NCBI GenBank assembly: GCA_054600435.1
Contig: BAAIJX010000013.1
Location: 62,001 to 126,000, forward strand
Reading direction: 5' to 3'
Length of the DNA: 64,000 bases
Origin: Neophaeotheca triangularis
Lineage: Eukaryota
How positions within the stretch are numbered: the first letter of the stretch is position 1; each line of letters begins with the position of its first letter. Below, in pieces: positions 33,545 to 46,766 of the stretch. The notes under the pieces were generated by a model that had not been told where the DNA came from, did no database searches, and saw only the letters and a program-made list of their open reading frames with translations. A program made the position numbers and the translations under genes.

Positions 33545-34872
33545 AGTGAAGAATGCCGAGGAGTGACAGCCCTATGATGAACCTGCTCAGGGAGAATGGA
33601 CGATGTCGAAGCAGTATCTGGCTCACAACAAGCCCCCAAAAGCAGAGGCGGGCCCAGCTACGGTCGTGGGTATCGCCTTTGAAAACGCAGTAGAGTACTT
33701 GAGTCAGCGATAGCAGAAGAGTGACAAAGTTCGCGCGAAGGGCAGCTCGCCGATGGGTATGGCAAAGATGTGAACTACACCTTTTTAGGGGTATGTCACG
33801 GGGTGAATGGGAGTTTGGTGGGCATGGCTTTTTCCTTGGGAGAGGCGGTCTGATTGAATGGCTGGGACTCGTAAGCTCGTTCTCAGCTGTTGTTCAGCTC
33901 TCGGGCCTTGACGTGAGAAAGCTAGAGCTTGCCAGTGTTGCTCAGCCCTACGGTCCTACTGGTCTTTCTGCTTCTCATTTGATCACCAATCGGCCTCACC
34001 AAGACGGGATTTTTATCATCAAATGAGGGCTTCCTAGCATGCGAGTAGTCCAGGGTCAAGTCAAGATAGGGACATGGAGCGGAAAGAGCAAGACAGACGG
34101 GAATCGAGGGCCCAAGGATCGAGACTAGTCTTGGTCTGGCGGTCCTTTTCAGCTGGAGCATAGGCATGCTGCGGCCAGACACTCCGCATGTCTTCGAGAA
34201 ACTCGGCTTCGGTTTAAGAATGTCCCCCAAAGGCAACCACGGGCACGCCACGTGATCCTGAAACGACAAGCAGCAACCCCATCTAATACCTGGGTAAAGT
34301 GTCCTACATAGAGTCAGCTAAACCCGTAGGATGCCGGATACTCTGTGTTATCGATGATTGGACCGCGCGGAAGGTAGGAAGGATGCGAATCCTTGCTGTC
34401 GCGTTCACTAGGCTCAGGCTGCAGGCTGAGCTGACACGCTTATTAAGGTCTGCTGTGACAGCCCCTGTATAGCGTTAGCCAGCTCGGCTGAGTGGACGCA
34501 GTCACGCGAAAACCGCATCGGGTCATTAACCCAGGCCCTTGTGTCTCTAGGTAGACGATGGCGCACGTCTTCCTGACCTGGATCACGTCCGAGTGATAGC
34601 ATGCAGAAATGTTGAAATGTTGTAACACTTCTTCTTGACATGAATGTCAGCAATGAACATGTGAAGGTGAATTGGTTGATTGATTCAACATCCTCGTATG
34701 GAAAGAAATACAAAGTGACAAGACCATTTGAGGAGTATGTCTAAAACCGGATCCATCCCTTCCCAGTTGCTTGTGTGCAACCAAAGAGGCAAACTCCGCC
34801 TGACCATGTCCATGCAGTCCAGCGCCTTGCTCGTGACGCGTAAAGTAATCACTGTACAACCAACCGTCCAGC

Positions 34873-37341
34873 TCAAGTTCCGTCCTCTGGCTCAGGAACA
34901 TCCTCTACTTCCACGGCGCGACCTTTGCCTTTGCCCTCGTACCTTTGAGTGTTGGTAGTATCTGGGCTATTAGAAGTGGTTGCTTGCTCGGACTGTGAAT
35001 TGGCCGTGTCTAGAAGCTGCTGAGAGGAATCTGTTTCTTTGGCCTGAGCAGCGGAACCATTGGGCTGCTGTCGAAAGTCCCAACCAGGTTCTGATGCTTG
35101 CCACGGAGCTTGATTGTCTGAACGCACATCTTGCTGTGCTTCTATCGGCGCGCTCGTTGTTTGAGAACGACTCACTGTGGATTGAACAGCCGGCCCGTCT
35201 GATGTGGCATGTTCGCTAGGGACGAACAACGGTGAGCCATTGCCATCGGTTGGCACGGTCGCTGGTTCAGTCTGTGAGACTGGTGGCTGACTTGCTGATG
35301 GGGTCCCGTTTGCTTGGGGACCCGGTGCACTATTTTCACTTTGCCCGCCAGCTGGCACCGATAAAGACGCGACATTATTGGTCGAGGGTTCCGCACGTTG
35401 CAGTGGCATGACAGACCAACCTTCTGGAAGGGTCATACCGGTTGGAAGATTTTCGTGTCCGCTCCCGTATTGCTGGCCGGTGCCATTCAAAGTTTGATCA
35501 CCCGAAGGCCTCGAGAATGGGTGAGCAGCGAACGTTTGAGTGCCCGGATAGCTCGAAGGCTGCATGAACTGCATCTGTCGTTGTGCGGCCGTCATCGTAC
35601 CCAGAGGGACTTGACCGGGAACAACGTTCGCCCGCAGCCGTGCAAGTTCCCCCTCCATGGAACGCAATGTAGCAAGCTGTTGCTGCTCAATGCCCAAATT
35701 GTGTGCTTCTGTCATTAACCTCTGCTCAATGTGCATCAAATCCGCTTGGGTTGATGCAGAGCCGGCAGTAGCTTGGCCAGACCTTGGAATACCACCAACA
35801 CCGGGAGCCGTATATGGAACACGAAGTCCCAGATGATTTGGCCCTTGCCCTTGCCCTCCATTTTGGGGAGCTCCGGGTTGGTTTCGCATTTGCTGCACAA
35901 TGTTTTGGATTTGATCTCCTGGTCCATTTAGGAATCCTATTCTTATTGGGCCAAGGTTGAAGATTCGCGCTCGATTTGGCCGATGTGCTCGTCCCTGACC
36001 TGGTTGTCCTGGTTGTTCTTGTTGCCCATGTGCAGCACCGTTCGCCGCGTTCGCAGCCGGCTGTCCCGCTGGATTCGGCGTACTTGATGAGACCACTGGC
36101 CTTCGGCAGGTCGGACAGACTTGTTGGCGTTCGAGCCAAGCCTTCAGGCAACGCAAGTGGAGAATATGGCCGCAAGGCAGTTTCTTCGCCCGCAGTCCCT
36201 CGTCTCTTCTCCTGGCAGTCGCTGCTTGAGGCTGGTCGCCGGCCGGTTGGGGTTGGTCTTGTCCGGTAGAGTCTTGCGCCCAAGCTACCATGGTTTCCCT
36301 ACATACGATACACGCGTCCCCTCTAATCTCCTCGGTAGTGGCATCGGGATAGCGACTGTTCATGTCGCTCGTCGCCTTCCGGTAAGCCATGTAATCGTTG
36401 ACGCGTTTACTGAAGCCGGCGAAGGTCATATAGACATCCCTCATGATGTGCATCGGCAGGCCATTGAAAGTGATGCTGATGGTGAAAAAGACGACGTAGA
36501 TTAGCAGTTTCAAGAAGTCAGTGACGACCTCGAGAATGAATAAGAACCGCCGCTTCTCCTCCCAACCAGGTACGTCAATTTCCTCCTCATCGACATGGAT
36601 TGGCTCCTCGGTCGGTGAGGGAACTGGCGCTGGCGCTGGCGTGCCGTCTGCGGCCTCGTTCCGTCGGGCAGCAGCTCGCTCTGCCCTGATCTCATCCTTT
36701 CTTGCTTCGACTGCTTCGCGCGTCTGCTGCTTTACTATCCTCCCTTCGACCACGGACAAGCCATACCTGCACAAAGTGAAGATGGAAAAGACAGCAAGAA
36801 CAGCGAATTCAAAGGTGAAGATAACCATCATGCCAGGCCGTGGATCCGCCAGAACTGTCTCGACGCAGTAGTTGAACATGTAGAGATCAAACACGACGCT
36901 CAGAATGAGACTCGTCGCCAGTCGAGCGTGAAACAGCTTTGGGTTTGCCGGGGGTTGTTGCTCCAATATGTCCACCCTCCCCTCTCCGATCCAACCCCAG
37001 ACCTTTCCTGCAAGAAGCAGAACGAACATGGCCAGCAACCATCCGCCGACGTCCTCTCGGAAGCTGGGCATAGCCAGCAAAGTATCGAGAACGGCATACC
37101 ACGCCTTCTCACTCAGCTGTTCAATCTCAATGGGTCGTAATGGTCCGTAGAGCAGGCGCTGCAGCGCATACATGAAACTGCCGGCGCAGACGAGGAGCAG
37201 GTTGGTCAGGATAAGCAGGCAGGCGTTGGACTGGGAAAGGTAGACGGTCGCGCTGTAAAAGTTGGGTCGCTGGTGGAAGGCCTTCAGCAGACACACGGCC
37301 GCGGCGAGCGTGCTGCCGCCTGCATAATAGGCGAGGCGCAT
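34873..37341 (-). CDS. HRD1: ERAD E3 ubiquitin ligase HRD1
   Basis: [33 protein letters not shown], multiple TMs, RING-H2 CIVCRE...[28 protein letters not shown]. Confidence 0.95.
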   Translation of the reverse strand: MRLAYYAGGSTLAAAVCLLKAFHQRPNFYSATVYLSQSNACLLILTNLLLVCAGSFMYALQRLLYGPLRPIEIEQLSEKAWYAVLDTLLAMPSFREDVGGWLLAMFVLLLAGKVWGWIGEGRVDILEQQPPANPKLFHARLATSLILSVVFDLYMFNYCVETVLADPRPGMMVIFTFEFAVLAVFSIFTLCRYGLSVVEGRIVKQQTREAVEARKDEIRAERAAARRNEAADGTPAPAPVPSPTEEPIHVDEEEIDVPGWEEKRRFLFILEVVTDFLKLLIYVVFFTISITFNGLPMHIMRDVYMTFAGFSKRVNDYMAYRKATSDMNSRYPDATTEEIRGDACIVCRETMVAWAQDSTGQDQPQPAGDQPQAATARRRDEGLRAKKLPCGHILHLRCLKAWLERQQVCPTCRRPVVSSSTPNPAGQPAANAANGAAHGQQEQPGQPGQGRAHRPNRARIFNLGPIRIGFLNGPGDQIQNIVQQMRNQPGAPQNGGQGQGPNHLGLRVPYTAPGVGGIPRSGQATAGSASTQADLMHIEQRLMTEAHNLGIEQQQLATLRSMEGELARLRANVVPGQVPLGTMTAAQRQMQFMQPSSYPGTQTFAAHPFSRPSGDQTLNGTGQQYGSGHENLPTGMTLPEGWSVMPLQRAEPSTNNVASLSVPAGGQSENSAPGPQANGTPSASQPPVSQTEPATVPTDGNGSPLFVPSEHATSDGPAVQSTVSRSQTTSAPIEAQQDVRSDNQAPWQASEPGWDFRQQPNGSAAQAKETDSSQQLLDTANSQSEQATTSNSPDTTNTQRYEGKGKGRAVEVEDVPEPEDGT

Positions 37342-38055
37342 CTTCCGTTGAGGATGGGTAATTAGGGGTTGTTGGGGTCCATGGCCTTCATTCAAGAGGT
37401 CAGGTAAAGGTTGTTCGGCATTGAGAAAGGCAAGGAAGGTAAGGTAAGGTATTCAAGTGTGGTGTGTTTGTCACGATCTCACTCATTCCCGATTAAAGGA
37501 CAGCTAGAGGCGTCGGGCGGTACCTAAGGTAGGTGCGGCAGAAGGTAGGCCGAGAGCGTCATGCCTGCGGAGGTACTTCGGGACAATGCAGGTGGAACTC
37601 CATGCGGGGGTGAATTACGTTAGGTACTGTAGGGAGCACGTGAGAGAATAGAGCTGACCTCGGACACTTCAGCACATATACAGTTGGGTAAGGTACCTCT
37701 TATTAGCTTCTAGGTACTACCTACCTACTACCTACTACCTACATATACTACTCCCAACATGGAACTTTGAGTTGCTTCCTTTCTATTCCTTGTACTACCT
37801 ACCTTCTACATCACCACACACCTTCGCCCCTTTGGATTTCTTCACCATCCGGCGGCCAAGGGAAGTCGTTCCTTACTCCCTCTCATCCTTGCACTCGTGT
37901 CTCGGTGCTCGAAATGCTGTACCCATAGAATTAAATCCATTCCTTGACCCCCCCCTGTTCGCCGCATTTCTCTTCCTTTCTTCAGCCTTCTGCCCTACAA
38001 CACTCGCACCTTGTGTCTTGTTCCTTTGGCCCGCTCGTGCCGCTCGAAGCACACA

Positions 38056-40849
38056 ATGCCTACACGCAATGTTCGAAGGGCGCGTGTATTAACAATCTTG
38101 ATCGTCTTTGCTCTGGGCGTCCTATACTACAAATCGCCCTCGTCTCCATCTTTCAGGGAAGCCCAAGAAGGCCTGGCCGGTAGTGGAGCCTTCTTCAAGG
38201 AAAAGACATTCGGGGATTCTCGGGGTCATGGTAGGAGTCCAGCCTAGTCCAGAGGCATTTAATCAGCCGGTCAACTAACCGTGGTTGCGTACAGAACCTG
38301 CCCAAGAGGCTGCGCCCTTGCCAAACGAGCCCGTCGAGGCGGCCGTACCGTTACCCGTAGATGAGATTGCACTCTCGACGCATACCTCCTCGTCCTCTAC
38401 CTCGTCTTCATCTTCGTCCTCCTCAAAACATCGCGCAGCTACAGCTCCTCCTAGGCGTCCGATTTTGTACGAGCCAGACGACGATGTTGCAGCGCCGGGG
38501 TACAGGGGTAGGTATGGGATGGATGCGCTGGTCAGCACCTCAACATCGACAATTCATTGGAGTAAACCCACTGAACACTACCCCCTGTCATCTACCATTT
38601 CGTTGCCCACTGGCACACCGAAGCCTATGCCAAGGGTACAGAACCTCGATGTCATTGGTGGTGCCGATGAAGAACGTCTTGCCGTTATCAAGCAAACAGC
38701 GGAGAAGGCATGGTCCGGGTACAAGCGCATGGCTTGGAAGGCAGATGAGGTTATGCCCATTACTGGGGGTAAAAAGAATCCCTTCATGGGCTGGGGTGCA
38801 ACGCTGGTCGATGCTCTGGATACCCTATGGATTATGGACATGAGGGAAGACTTTGAGGAAGCTGTAAAAGCTGTTGGCGAGATTGACTTTACAACATCGC
38901 AAAGGGGAGACATCCCCCTCTTCGAAACTACGATCCGCTACCTTGGAGGCATGATCGCTGCATACGATCTTTCGGGTGAGAAGTACAGCATTCTGCTGGA
39001 CAAGGCCGTCGAGCTTGCTGAAATCTTGTCCGGCGCCTTTGACACACCCAACCGCATGCCGGTGACCTACCCAAGATGGGCGCCGCAATACACTAGCCAA
39101 CCGCATCGAGCTGGTACTCGGGTCGTACTTGCGGAGATCGGAAGCTTGAGTGTCGAGTTCACGCGCCTGGCGCAATTGACCAAAGAGCCCAAGTACTATG
39201 ATGCTATAGCACGTATTACAGACGAATTCGAAGCGTGGCAGAACAACACACGATTGCCTGGTATGTGGCCTACATACGTAGACGCCAGTGGATGCGACAG
39301 ACCGCCGCCCACAACTTCTTACGGCACAAGCCTTTACCACGATACCTACGACGTAGATGGAAAGGTCGGTATGGCCGGACCGCCAGTGAGAGGCGGCGAG
39401 CCTAAATTGGCCGCTCAGCAGGCTGCAGTGGAGGCACAAAGACAACGACAGAAAGACCTTGACTTCGCCAACGGCAAGAACCGGGACACCATCGACAATC
39501 TGGGTTCTTCAAAGGCAAAGCGCCAGTTGACAGATCTGGAAGATGGTCAGACAGAAGAGCAACATTCACGAAAAAACGAATCATCACACCAGCAAGATCT
39601 GCGTTCTCTGTCTGATCTCTTGACAGACCCCGAGAGGTGCATACCAAAAGGACTCGGTTCTGTGAATGAAAACAGTATGGAGACTTTCACTCTAGGTGGC
39701 ATGGCCGACTCTATCTATGAATACTTCCCTAAAGAACACATGCTGTTGGGAGGTATTACCGACCAGTACAAGAAAATGTATCTCGACAGCGCGGACGCCG
39801 CAATGGACAAGCTTCTCTACCGGCCGATGACTCCTGGGAATCGGGATATACTCTTCTCGGGCGAACTGCGAGTGCGGCCCAATTACACCACAGGAGCGAT
39901 GATTGAGGATCATGTCGCTGACGGTGCGCACCTCACCTGCTTTGCTGGTGGAATGTTCGCCTTGGGTGGTGTTCTATTTGATCGACCTGAGGACGTGAGG
40001 ACGGGAGCCAAGCTTACCGATGGATGCGTGTGGGCGTACAATTCAACAGCGACGGGTATCATGCCGGAGGGCTTCCTTTTACTTGCCTGCCAAGACAAGG
40101 ACGACTGCGAGTGGGACGAAAAAGCATATTGGCACGCCCTGGATCCGTACGAGGAGACCCGCACTGCTGTTCGTCCCCCCTTGCCATATCTTCCCCAGAT
40201 GATGCCCCAGACAACGAGGAAATCCAGGATTGGCGAAGCAGCTAGCACTTCGACACCGTTAGAGGACTTCCGAGCCCGCCCTGAGAAGAGACAGCTAGAC
40301 GAGGCGGGTATCGACGACCCCAAGCCCCCTCAGCCTGCAAATGCGCCAGTCGCAAAGCCTGAGCCTGCGCGAGCCAGCGGCCCACAGCTACCAGGCCCAG
40401 TCTTGCCTGCACCACAAGCTGTGTACACACCTAAACCTCCAATGTCTCACAAGGACTATGTCAAGGAAAAGATTCAGGACGAACGTCTGCCACCCGGTAT
40501 GGTCCGCATAAATTCTCGCAACTATCTCCTGCGACCTGAAGCCATCGAGTCGGTATTCTACCTGTACCGCATAACTGGAGACCAGCATTGGCGCGATGCA
40601 GGATGGGACATGTTCACCGCCATACACGACCATACGCAGGCAATGTACGGTGCCAGTGCAATTGACGATGTCACAAAGGAAGCTCCAGAAGGGAGGGACA
40701 GCGAAGAAAGCTTTTGGCTTGGGGAAACGCTGAAGTACTTTTACTTGTTGTTCGATGATCCCAAGACGTGGAGTCTGGACGAGTGGGTGCTCAATACAGA
40801 AGCGCACTTCCTCAGACGGCCAAAGTATGAGTTCAAGGGGGAGGAATAA
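38056..40849 (+). CDS. Glycoside hydrolase family 47 class I alpha-1,2-mannosidase, type II membrane protein
   Basis: Exon 38056-38230 with signal anchor, intron 38231-38294; GWGATLVDALDTL, FETTIRYLGG, DSIYEY, LRPEAIES, ESFWLGETLKY, NTEAH. Confidence 0.93.
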
Positions 40850-41110
40850 GTTTGAGGAGGCGAGAGCCCGATAGTTTTTGAGTATGATAGCATTGATACC
40901 CAAGGTCTTCCATTGTCAGTACCTAAGTTGGTGAGAGTAGAACTCAAACCCAGACCCTGATGTTGTATGGCGCCAACTATTGCGGGCGAGGTGCGGGCAA
41001 GCCCGGCGCAAGCCCCAGAAACACAGAGCGGGAGGCAGCTGCAGTCATAACATGCTAGTAATAATTTGGAGGTCCACAACCGGAGCTTCGCATTCTGCTC
41101 TCTTCGCTGA

Positions 41111-43504
41111 ATGCTCGTACATCTGACACGCAGAGCGCTGGTGACTCACGCAACCCGACCCTTCTTCACCACCCTCACCCTCACCACCCTCACCACCTTC
41201 ACCAAACCGCAAGTCAGCCACTCCTTCACTTCCAGCGCAATGGCCCCCAAGGACAAAGCAGCCAAGGAGGGCGGGGACGCGAGACCGCTTGAGATGACCC
41301 CGCCGCCCGACTTCTTCGCGACCAGGAACGCCATCTTCGACAAGAGAAAGGCCGAGCGGGACGAGTGGGTAGCGAAGCAGCCGAGGGAGGAAATCACCGT
41401 CGAACTGGGCAATGGCAACTCGAAAAAGGCCACGAGGTGGGAGACCACACCCGCAAACTTGGCGCGTGAGATTAGCAAGAGTCTCTTCGAGCGCACCGTG
41501 ATTGCCAGGATTGATGGGGAGCTGTGGGATCTGGAGCGACCGTTTGAGAAGTCTTGCAAGCTCGAGCTGCTTGATTTTGAGCACCCCGAGGGCAAGAAGG
41601 TCTTCTGGCACTCTTCAGCACACATCCTCGGTGAAGCAGCCGAGCGTCGCTTTGGCTGCTCTCTATGCATCGGCCCTCCCGTCGAGGATGGCTTCTACTA
41701 CGAGATGGCCCTGCCGGACCAGGGTGCTGTCGTGCCCGCCGACTTCAAGCCACTCAAGCAGATTGCAGAGAAGGCCATTAAGGAGAAGCAGCCTTTTGAG
41801 CGCCTCGAGCTGAGCAAGGAGGATTTGCTCGAGATGTTCGCCTACAACAAGTACAAGCAGCACATCATCAAGGACAAGATCCCGGACAACACATCTACCA
41901 CCGTATACAGGTGCGGACCGCTCATCGACTTGTGCAGAGGACCCCACGTTCCCAACACTGGAGCCATCAAAGCCTTTGAGATAATGAAGAACAGTGCAAG
42001 CTACTTTCTGGGCGACGCAAAGAACGACAGCTTGCAGCGCATTTATGGTGTTTCGTTCCCTGACAAGAAGGCGCTTGCAGATCACAAGCACATGCTTGAA
42101 GAGGCAGCCAAGCGCGACCACCGCAAGATTGGCGCCGAACAGGAGCTGTTCTTCTTTCATCAAATGTCTCCCGGATCGTGCTTCTTCCTGCCTCATGGTA
42201 TGGTTATCTTCAACGCCTTGCAGTCGTTCATCCGCGAAGAGTACTGGACGAGAGGTTACCAAGAAGTCAATTCCCCCAATATGTACAATTCCGCTCTCTG
42301 GAAGCAATCGGGACACTGGCAGCACTACAAGGACGACATGTTTACTTTCGAGGTTGAGAAGGATCAGTGGGCTTTGAAGCCGATGAACTGCCCCGGTCAC
42401 TGCTTGCTATTCGGACACCGGGAACGCAGCTACCGCGAGCTACCTATGAGAATCGCAGACTTTGGTATTTTGCACCGCAACGAAGCCTCTGGCGCCTTAA
42501 CCGGTCTCACACGAGTACGTCGTTTCGTACAAGATGACACGCACATTTTTTGCATGCAAGAACAAGTTGGCGAGGAAATTGAAGGCCTCTTTGACTTTCT
42601 CCAAGCCGTCTACGGACTCTTCGGTTTCTCGTTCAAGATGAAGCTATCCACGATGCCCGAGAACCATTTGGGTGATGCCGCTACATGGGAGCGTGCGGAG
42701 GCGCAGCTCTCCACGGCACTTGACAAGTTCAAGGAACAGACTGGTACCGCATGGGAGCTGAACCCAGGAGACGGTGCCTTCTACGGGCCAAAGATCGACA
42801 TTACCATTTCCGACGCCCTTAGGCGAGAGTTTCAATGTGCCACAATCCAGCTCGACTTCCAGCTACCGCAGCAATTCAACCTCGAGTATCGCACGGATGA
42901 AAAAGCCGAACAGCGCCCTGCCGGAACCGCAGAAGATCAACCCAAAGCGGCCGACGGAGAAGCGCCACAGGAAGGCGAAAAGCTCCCTATCCGAAGCGCG
43001 CCTCCCGCCCAGCCAGACTCTTCCGCCGTCAAGAAAGAAGAAGGCCACTACCGCCGCGAGCTGACACCCGGCTGCGCTCGCCCCGTCATGATCCACCGCG
43101 CCATCTACGGCTCCTTTGAGCGCTTCATCGCCATCCTCACGGAACATTTCGCCGGTAAATGGCCCTTCTGGCTGTCTCCTCGGCAAATACTGATCGTGCC
43201 CGTCATGCCGGCCGCCAACGACTACGTGCTGGAACTGCAAAAGACATTCCGCGAGAAAAGAATGCACGTCGACGTCGACATCACCGGCAACACCATGCAA
43301 AAGAAGATCAGGACGGGCCAGCTGGCGCAGTACAATTTCATCTTTGTCGTCGGCGCGCAGGAGAGGGAGAACAGGTCCGTCAACATTCGCAACCGTGATG
43401 ACCCCGCGACGCAGAAGCTTGGGGAATTGGTCCCGGTGGACAAGGCGATAGAGATGTTAACGAGGCTGAGGGATGAGAGGCGGTTGGAGAGCAAGCTGCA
43501 GTAG
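41111..43504 (+). CDS. THS1: Threonyl-tRNA synthetase (cytosolic type; second ATG at 41240)
   Basis: [63 protein letters not shown]. Confidence 0.97.
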   Translation: MLVHLTRRALVTHATRPFFTTLTLTTLTTFTKPQVSHSFTSSAMAPKDKAAKEGGDARPLEMTPPPDFFATRNAIFDKRKAERDEWVAKQPREEITVELGNGNSKKATRWETTPANLAREISKSLFERTVIARIDGELWDLERPFEKSCKLELLDFEHPEGKKVFWHSSAHILGEAAERRFGCSLCIGPPVEDGFYYEMALPDQGAVVPADFKPLKQIAEKAIKEKQPFERLELSKEDLLEMFAYNKYKQHIIKDKIPDNTSTTVYRCGPLIDLCRGPHVPNTGAIKAFEIMKNSASYFLGDAKNDSLQRIYGVSFPDKKALADHKHMLEEAAKRDHRKIGAEQELFFFHQMSPGSCFFLPHGMVIFNALQSFIREEYWTRGYQEVNSPNMYNSALWKQSGHWQHYKDDMFTFEVEKDQWALKPMNCPGHCLLFGHRERSYRELPMRIADFGILHRNEASGALTGLTRVRRFVQDDTHIFCMQEQVGEEIEGLFDFLQAVYGLFGFSFKMKLSTMPENHLGDAATWERAEAQLSTALDKFKEQTGTAWELNPGDGAFYGPKIDITISDALRREFQCATIQLDFQLPQQFNLEYRTDEKAEQRPAGTAEDQPKAADGEAPQEGEKLPIRSAPPAQPDSSAVKKEEGHYRRELTPGCARPVMIHRAIYGSFERFIAILTEHFAGKWPFWLSPRQILIVPVMPAANDYVLELQKTFREKRMHVDVDITGNTMQKKIRTGQLAQYNFIFVVGAQERENRSVNIRNRDDPATQKLGELVPVDKAIEMLTRLRDERRLESKLQ

Positions 43505-44533
43505 CCTCAAAGGGTGTGCGGCCTTGTTTCTCTCGGGCGCTCAATATTGGCGCGAAACTAAACCGCTAAAACTAGCTTGACATGAGATATTTGAACCTGC
43601 TTTGTACCAAATGCAATACCTTTCCATTCTTTTGTGTCCATGCCTGACGCGCTATTCGCGGTCAAGTCGAAGGCCAGCGCTCCATAGTAAGACGATCGAC
43701 GTCTTACAACAACGCGGAAGCCGAGTACGTCAATTAAGTAGTCGTAGACTTGTTCGCTACCGGCAAATGACAGGCTTGAGGCATTTCCTTTCTCTCACAT
43801 CTGCTAGAGACACAACATCTTCTGCCGTATACCATGTCTTGAGATTAACGGACGGTCGATGTGCCGCTCACTTTTTGCGTAGTGCAGATTATTGACGGAA
43901 GCCTTGCCTAAAAACATACAGAGAGCACAAGGTCTTTTGAGGTAATATCACAAGGACCGAGAAATCACAATCGAAGTTGAAGCGTCTAGCATCACGGGAA
44001 ACCAGTTTTGTCGTCCAGATGTTAGTTAATGCACAACGCATTAGCTCCCTCAGTACATACTAGATAGAGCACATGCGCTTGGGTCGCAATAGGACTTAAT
44101 GCTTTACTGGAGGCATGTCCATAGTAGGTGATGTCTGTCCGCCGTACTTGTCTAGTCAAGTCTGGAGTTGATCAGAGTGTTCGCGAAATGAAAGCGCGGA
44201 ATTGTCCAGTCATACCAGGACGGAGAACAGAGCAAGGAAGTTGTGAAACTTCAAATTAGCTAGACATAGCAGTCGCTGAGCGCTAGATGGAGCAACCGTT
44301 CTAAGGAGCATTGCATTTTACAGGAAGATGCGGCAATGGGCTTTGCGTCCAAGTGCCCACATACTTGGGAATGGAAAAAGTACAATAGCAGCTTATTTTT
44401 GAGACTATCTACATCACTGCAGTTGTGCAGGCGGCATGAACCAAAAACGCAAACATGCGAAATCTTTTAAGACTCCCTCATTCATCGGGTATCGTGCTGC
44501 TCCTTACGCCCAACGCCAACAAAAGCACCTATT

Positions 44534-46738
44534 TTATTTGCTCCACCAAAACCCGTCCTTCTTGCTCTTGCCGTGCTTCTCTTTTCCGTTAGGAACGTGA
44601 CCATTGCTCGCAACACCACTGGTGTGACTTCCACCCCCCATAGTATCCGTCTGACTCAATAGTTGCCATAGCTCGCTTATACTGACACGCTGCGCCGGGA
44701 GCATCGAGTACTGTAGACTATACAGGCTTTTGCGATGGATGGGCGGGACGAAATGACCGGAGATCAGGCCGAGCAAAACGTGGGGCGAGAGGTAGTGTTT
44801 GCGCAAGCGGTGACCCAGTTGCGCGTACTGGCCGAACGTCTGCGAAAGGGGCAGCGGGACGGACTTTAGCTTAATGTAGGCTGTAGGTGCCGCGACGGTG
44901 CTCTGTAGATGAGCCAGGGGTGGCTGCAGCAATTCAAAGCGAATGCCCCCCGGAAGGCGTCGGGAGTCTTTGAGGCGTAGCATGACGGCGAAAAGGGGGA
45001 AGTGGTTCAAACAGGCAAGCCAGGTATCCAGGGCAGCTTTGAGAGCGATGATCGCTATGCGGGCACTGGCGAAGGTCGCATAAAAGACTGCGACGGTTGG
45101 TAAGAGGAAGAAGAGCAGCGTGAACAGGATGGTACCAAGTAGCAGCTGGTCAAGGTCGTAGTCGCAGCTGTCGATTCGATTGCGCAGAACATTTCTCTTT
45201 TTGCCCCGGAAAAGGTGGAACAACGAGACGATGATGGTCAGCTGCCAGTTGTAGATGCGAGCACTCGCCACATAGAAGCTGTAGATGTGTATAGTGAGCA
45301 AGCTCACAAGATCCGAGAACAGTGAGATGGGCAAGCTAGCTCCCGCGAAGCTGGACACGCCGATGATGCGGATGATATGTGGCAGAGCTGGCCGGAGTCC
45401 CGACATCCATGAATTCCAATAGTTAATAACCCAGAGGAAGAGGTCACCGAGGAAGGCAGCCAGCTCATTGTTCAGCTTGAGTCCGGCAGGATAAATTTTG
45501 AGCCAGGCAATCATGCGTTGAAGCCCTTTGATCGAATAGTCATTGATGATCTCGTCCAGCTTGCCGCCTACTGAATCGGCGTTCTCAATCACGTAGGATC
45601 CCAACGCGATACCTATGATGATGTCGTTCGCCACGAGCCAAAGACTGTTGAAGAAGCGGATGTAGTCTGGGTGCGTGGTGGTGATGCTTTCCCAGTCGTT
45701 ACGTCGATGCCGGAGCTTGATGTATTGAGCAGGCCAGTAGCAGAACTGTTGCAGTCGAATGTCGACTTGTTGAGCGGTAGCAGAGATATCCTTCAGCGTG
45801 GTGGCACCCGGCAGCAGTGGGCGCCAATCCAAAAGAAGAAGCATTCCCTCGGCAGCTAAACGCTGAAACATGAGCGCGAGGATGAAGACCTGCGAAGCGA
45901 AGGGCCAGATGTAGACCAAGAAAGCAGCTCGTGCTTTCTGGAGCAAGTCGTCCCAAAGGTTGGTTGCAGACACAACAACACGCTCACTGACACTCAGGCT
46001 GCGTTTCATGCGAATACCAACCATACCAATGTTCTTCTGCATCAAGGCGTTAATTTCCGCAGCACAATTCATCTGATCAATAATGGTTGGTAGCGCGAGT
46101 TCCTTGTGCGTTCTCGGATGCTTAATGACGGTGTGCAGTTTCAATTTCTCCACTAGCTTCTGCTTCTTGATCTTTTCCAATTCTTCGTCTTTGTCAATAG
46201 TATCAAAATGATCCGAGGTTGCCTGGTTGCGACGCTTGTCCTCGAGGGCCAAGGTTATTGGGGTGAGCGACAGATATTCCATTCTTTTTGGATCGGGTGG
46301 TTCGAAAGTGATGATTTGTACCGTCACGACAGTCTCGGCCGAAACGTCGATACTCGGCGCTTTGCATTTGCGAGTTGTATGCATTGAGAGCATCTGTGCA
46401 TCTGCGATTGCTGCACCCTTGGGCCTGTTCAGTGTGCCAAGCGCTTGCAATGGACGACCGCCGCATCTCTCGAGAATCCGCTCAATCTGATTTGGACTAC
46501 CTCTGAAGAGAGTCTGCATACGTAGCGCATTTTCGACATTGCGCGCCTTGTCATGGTTAGCAAACAGCACGGCGTCGCCTGTAGCATCAGGAAAACCCAC
46601 TTCGACGCCCTGAAGCACACCGACAACGACAATGTCGAGCTCAGAGTTCCGCCATCCCACAATGACTCCAGGGATATCGTCCGTTGGTACGTCTTCAGGC
46701 CAGAAGACGCGCATCAGACCGTGTTTGCGTGTGTTCAT
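44534..46738 (-). CDS. GPI1: GPI-GlcNAc transferase subunit Gpi1 (PIG-Q)
   Basis: Starts MNTRKHGLMRVFWP...GVIVGWRNS; in-frame intron 46600-46547; YIRFFNSLWLVANDI, PAGLKLNNEL, SLFHLFRGKKRNVLRNRIDS, DQLLLGTILF. Confidence 0.93.
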   Translation of the reverse strand: MNTRKHGLMRVFWPEDVPTDDIPGVIVGWRNSELDIVVVGVLQGVEVGFPDATGDAVLFANHDKARNVENALRMQTLFRGSPNQIERILERCGGRPLQALGTLNRPKGAAIADAQMLSMHTTRKCKAPSIDVSAETVVTVQIITFEPPDPKRMEYLSLTPITLALEDKRRNQATSDHFDTIDKDEELEKIKKQKLVEKLKLHTVIKHPRTHKELALPTIIDQMNCAAEINALMQKNIGMVGIRMKRSLSVSERVVVSATNLWDDLLQKARAAFLVYIWPFASQVFILALMFQRLAAEGMLLLLDWRPLLPGATTLKDISATAQQVDIRLQQFCYWPAQYIKLRHRRNDWESITTTHPDYIRFFNSLWLVANDIIIGIALGSYVIENADSVGGKLDEIINDYSIKGLQRMIAWLKIYPAGLKLNNELAAFLGDLFLWVINYWNSWMSGLRPALPHIIRIIGVSSFAGASLPISLFSDLVSLLTIHIYSFYVASARIYNWQLTIIVSLFHLFRGKKRNVLRNRIDSCDYDLDQLLLGTILFTLLFFLLPTVAVFYATFASARIAIIALKAALDTWLACLNHFPLFAVMLRLKDSRRLPGGIRFELLQPPLAHLQSTVAAPTAYIKLKSVPLPLSQTFGQYAQLGHRLRKHYLSPHVLLGLISGHFVPPIHRKSLYSLQYSMLPAQRVSISELWQLLSQTDTMGGGSHTSGVASNGHVPNGKEKHGKSKKDGFWWSK

Positions 46739-46766
46739 CCTCCCATCATGCCCGACAGAGTCCTGC

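Noticed and set aside
43505..44533. Intergenic stretches here and at 33545-34872 and 61300-62800 as hidden genes, tRNAs or transposon relics
   Set aside because: No convincing ORF, tRNA A/B boxes, terminal repeats or RIP-like AT enrichment seen by eye.
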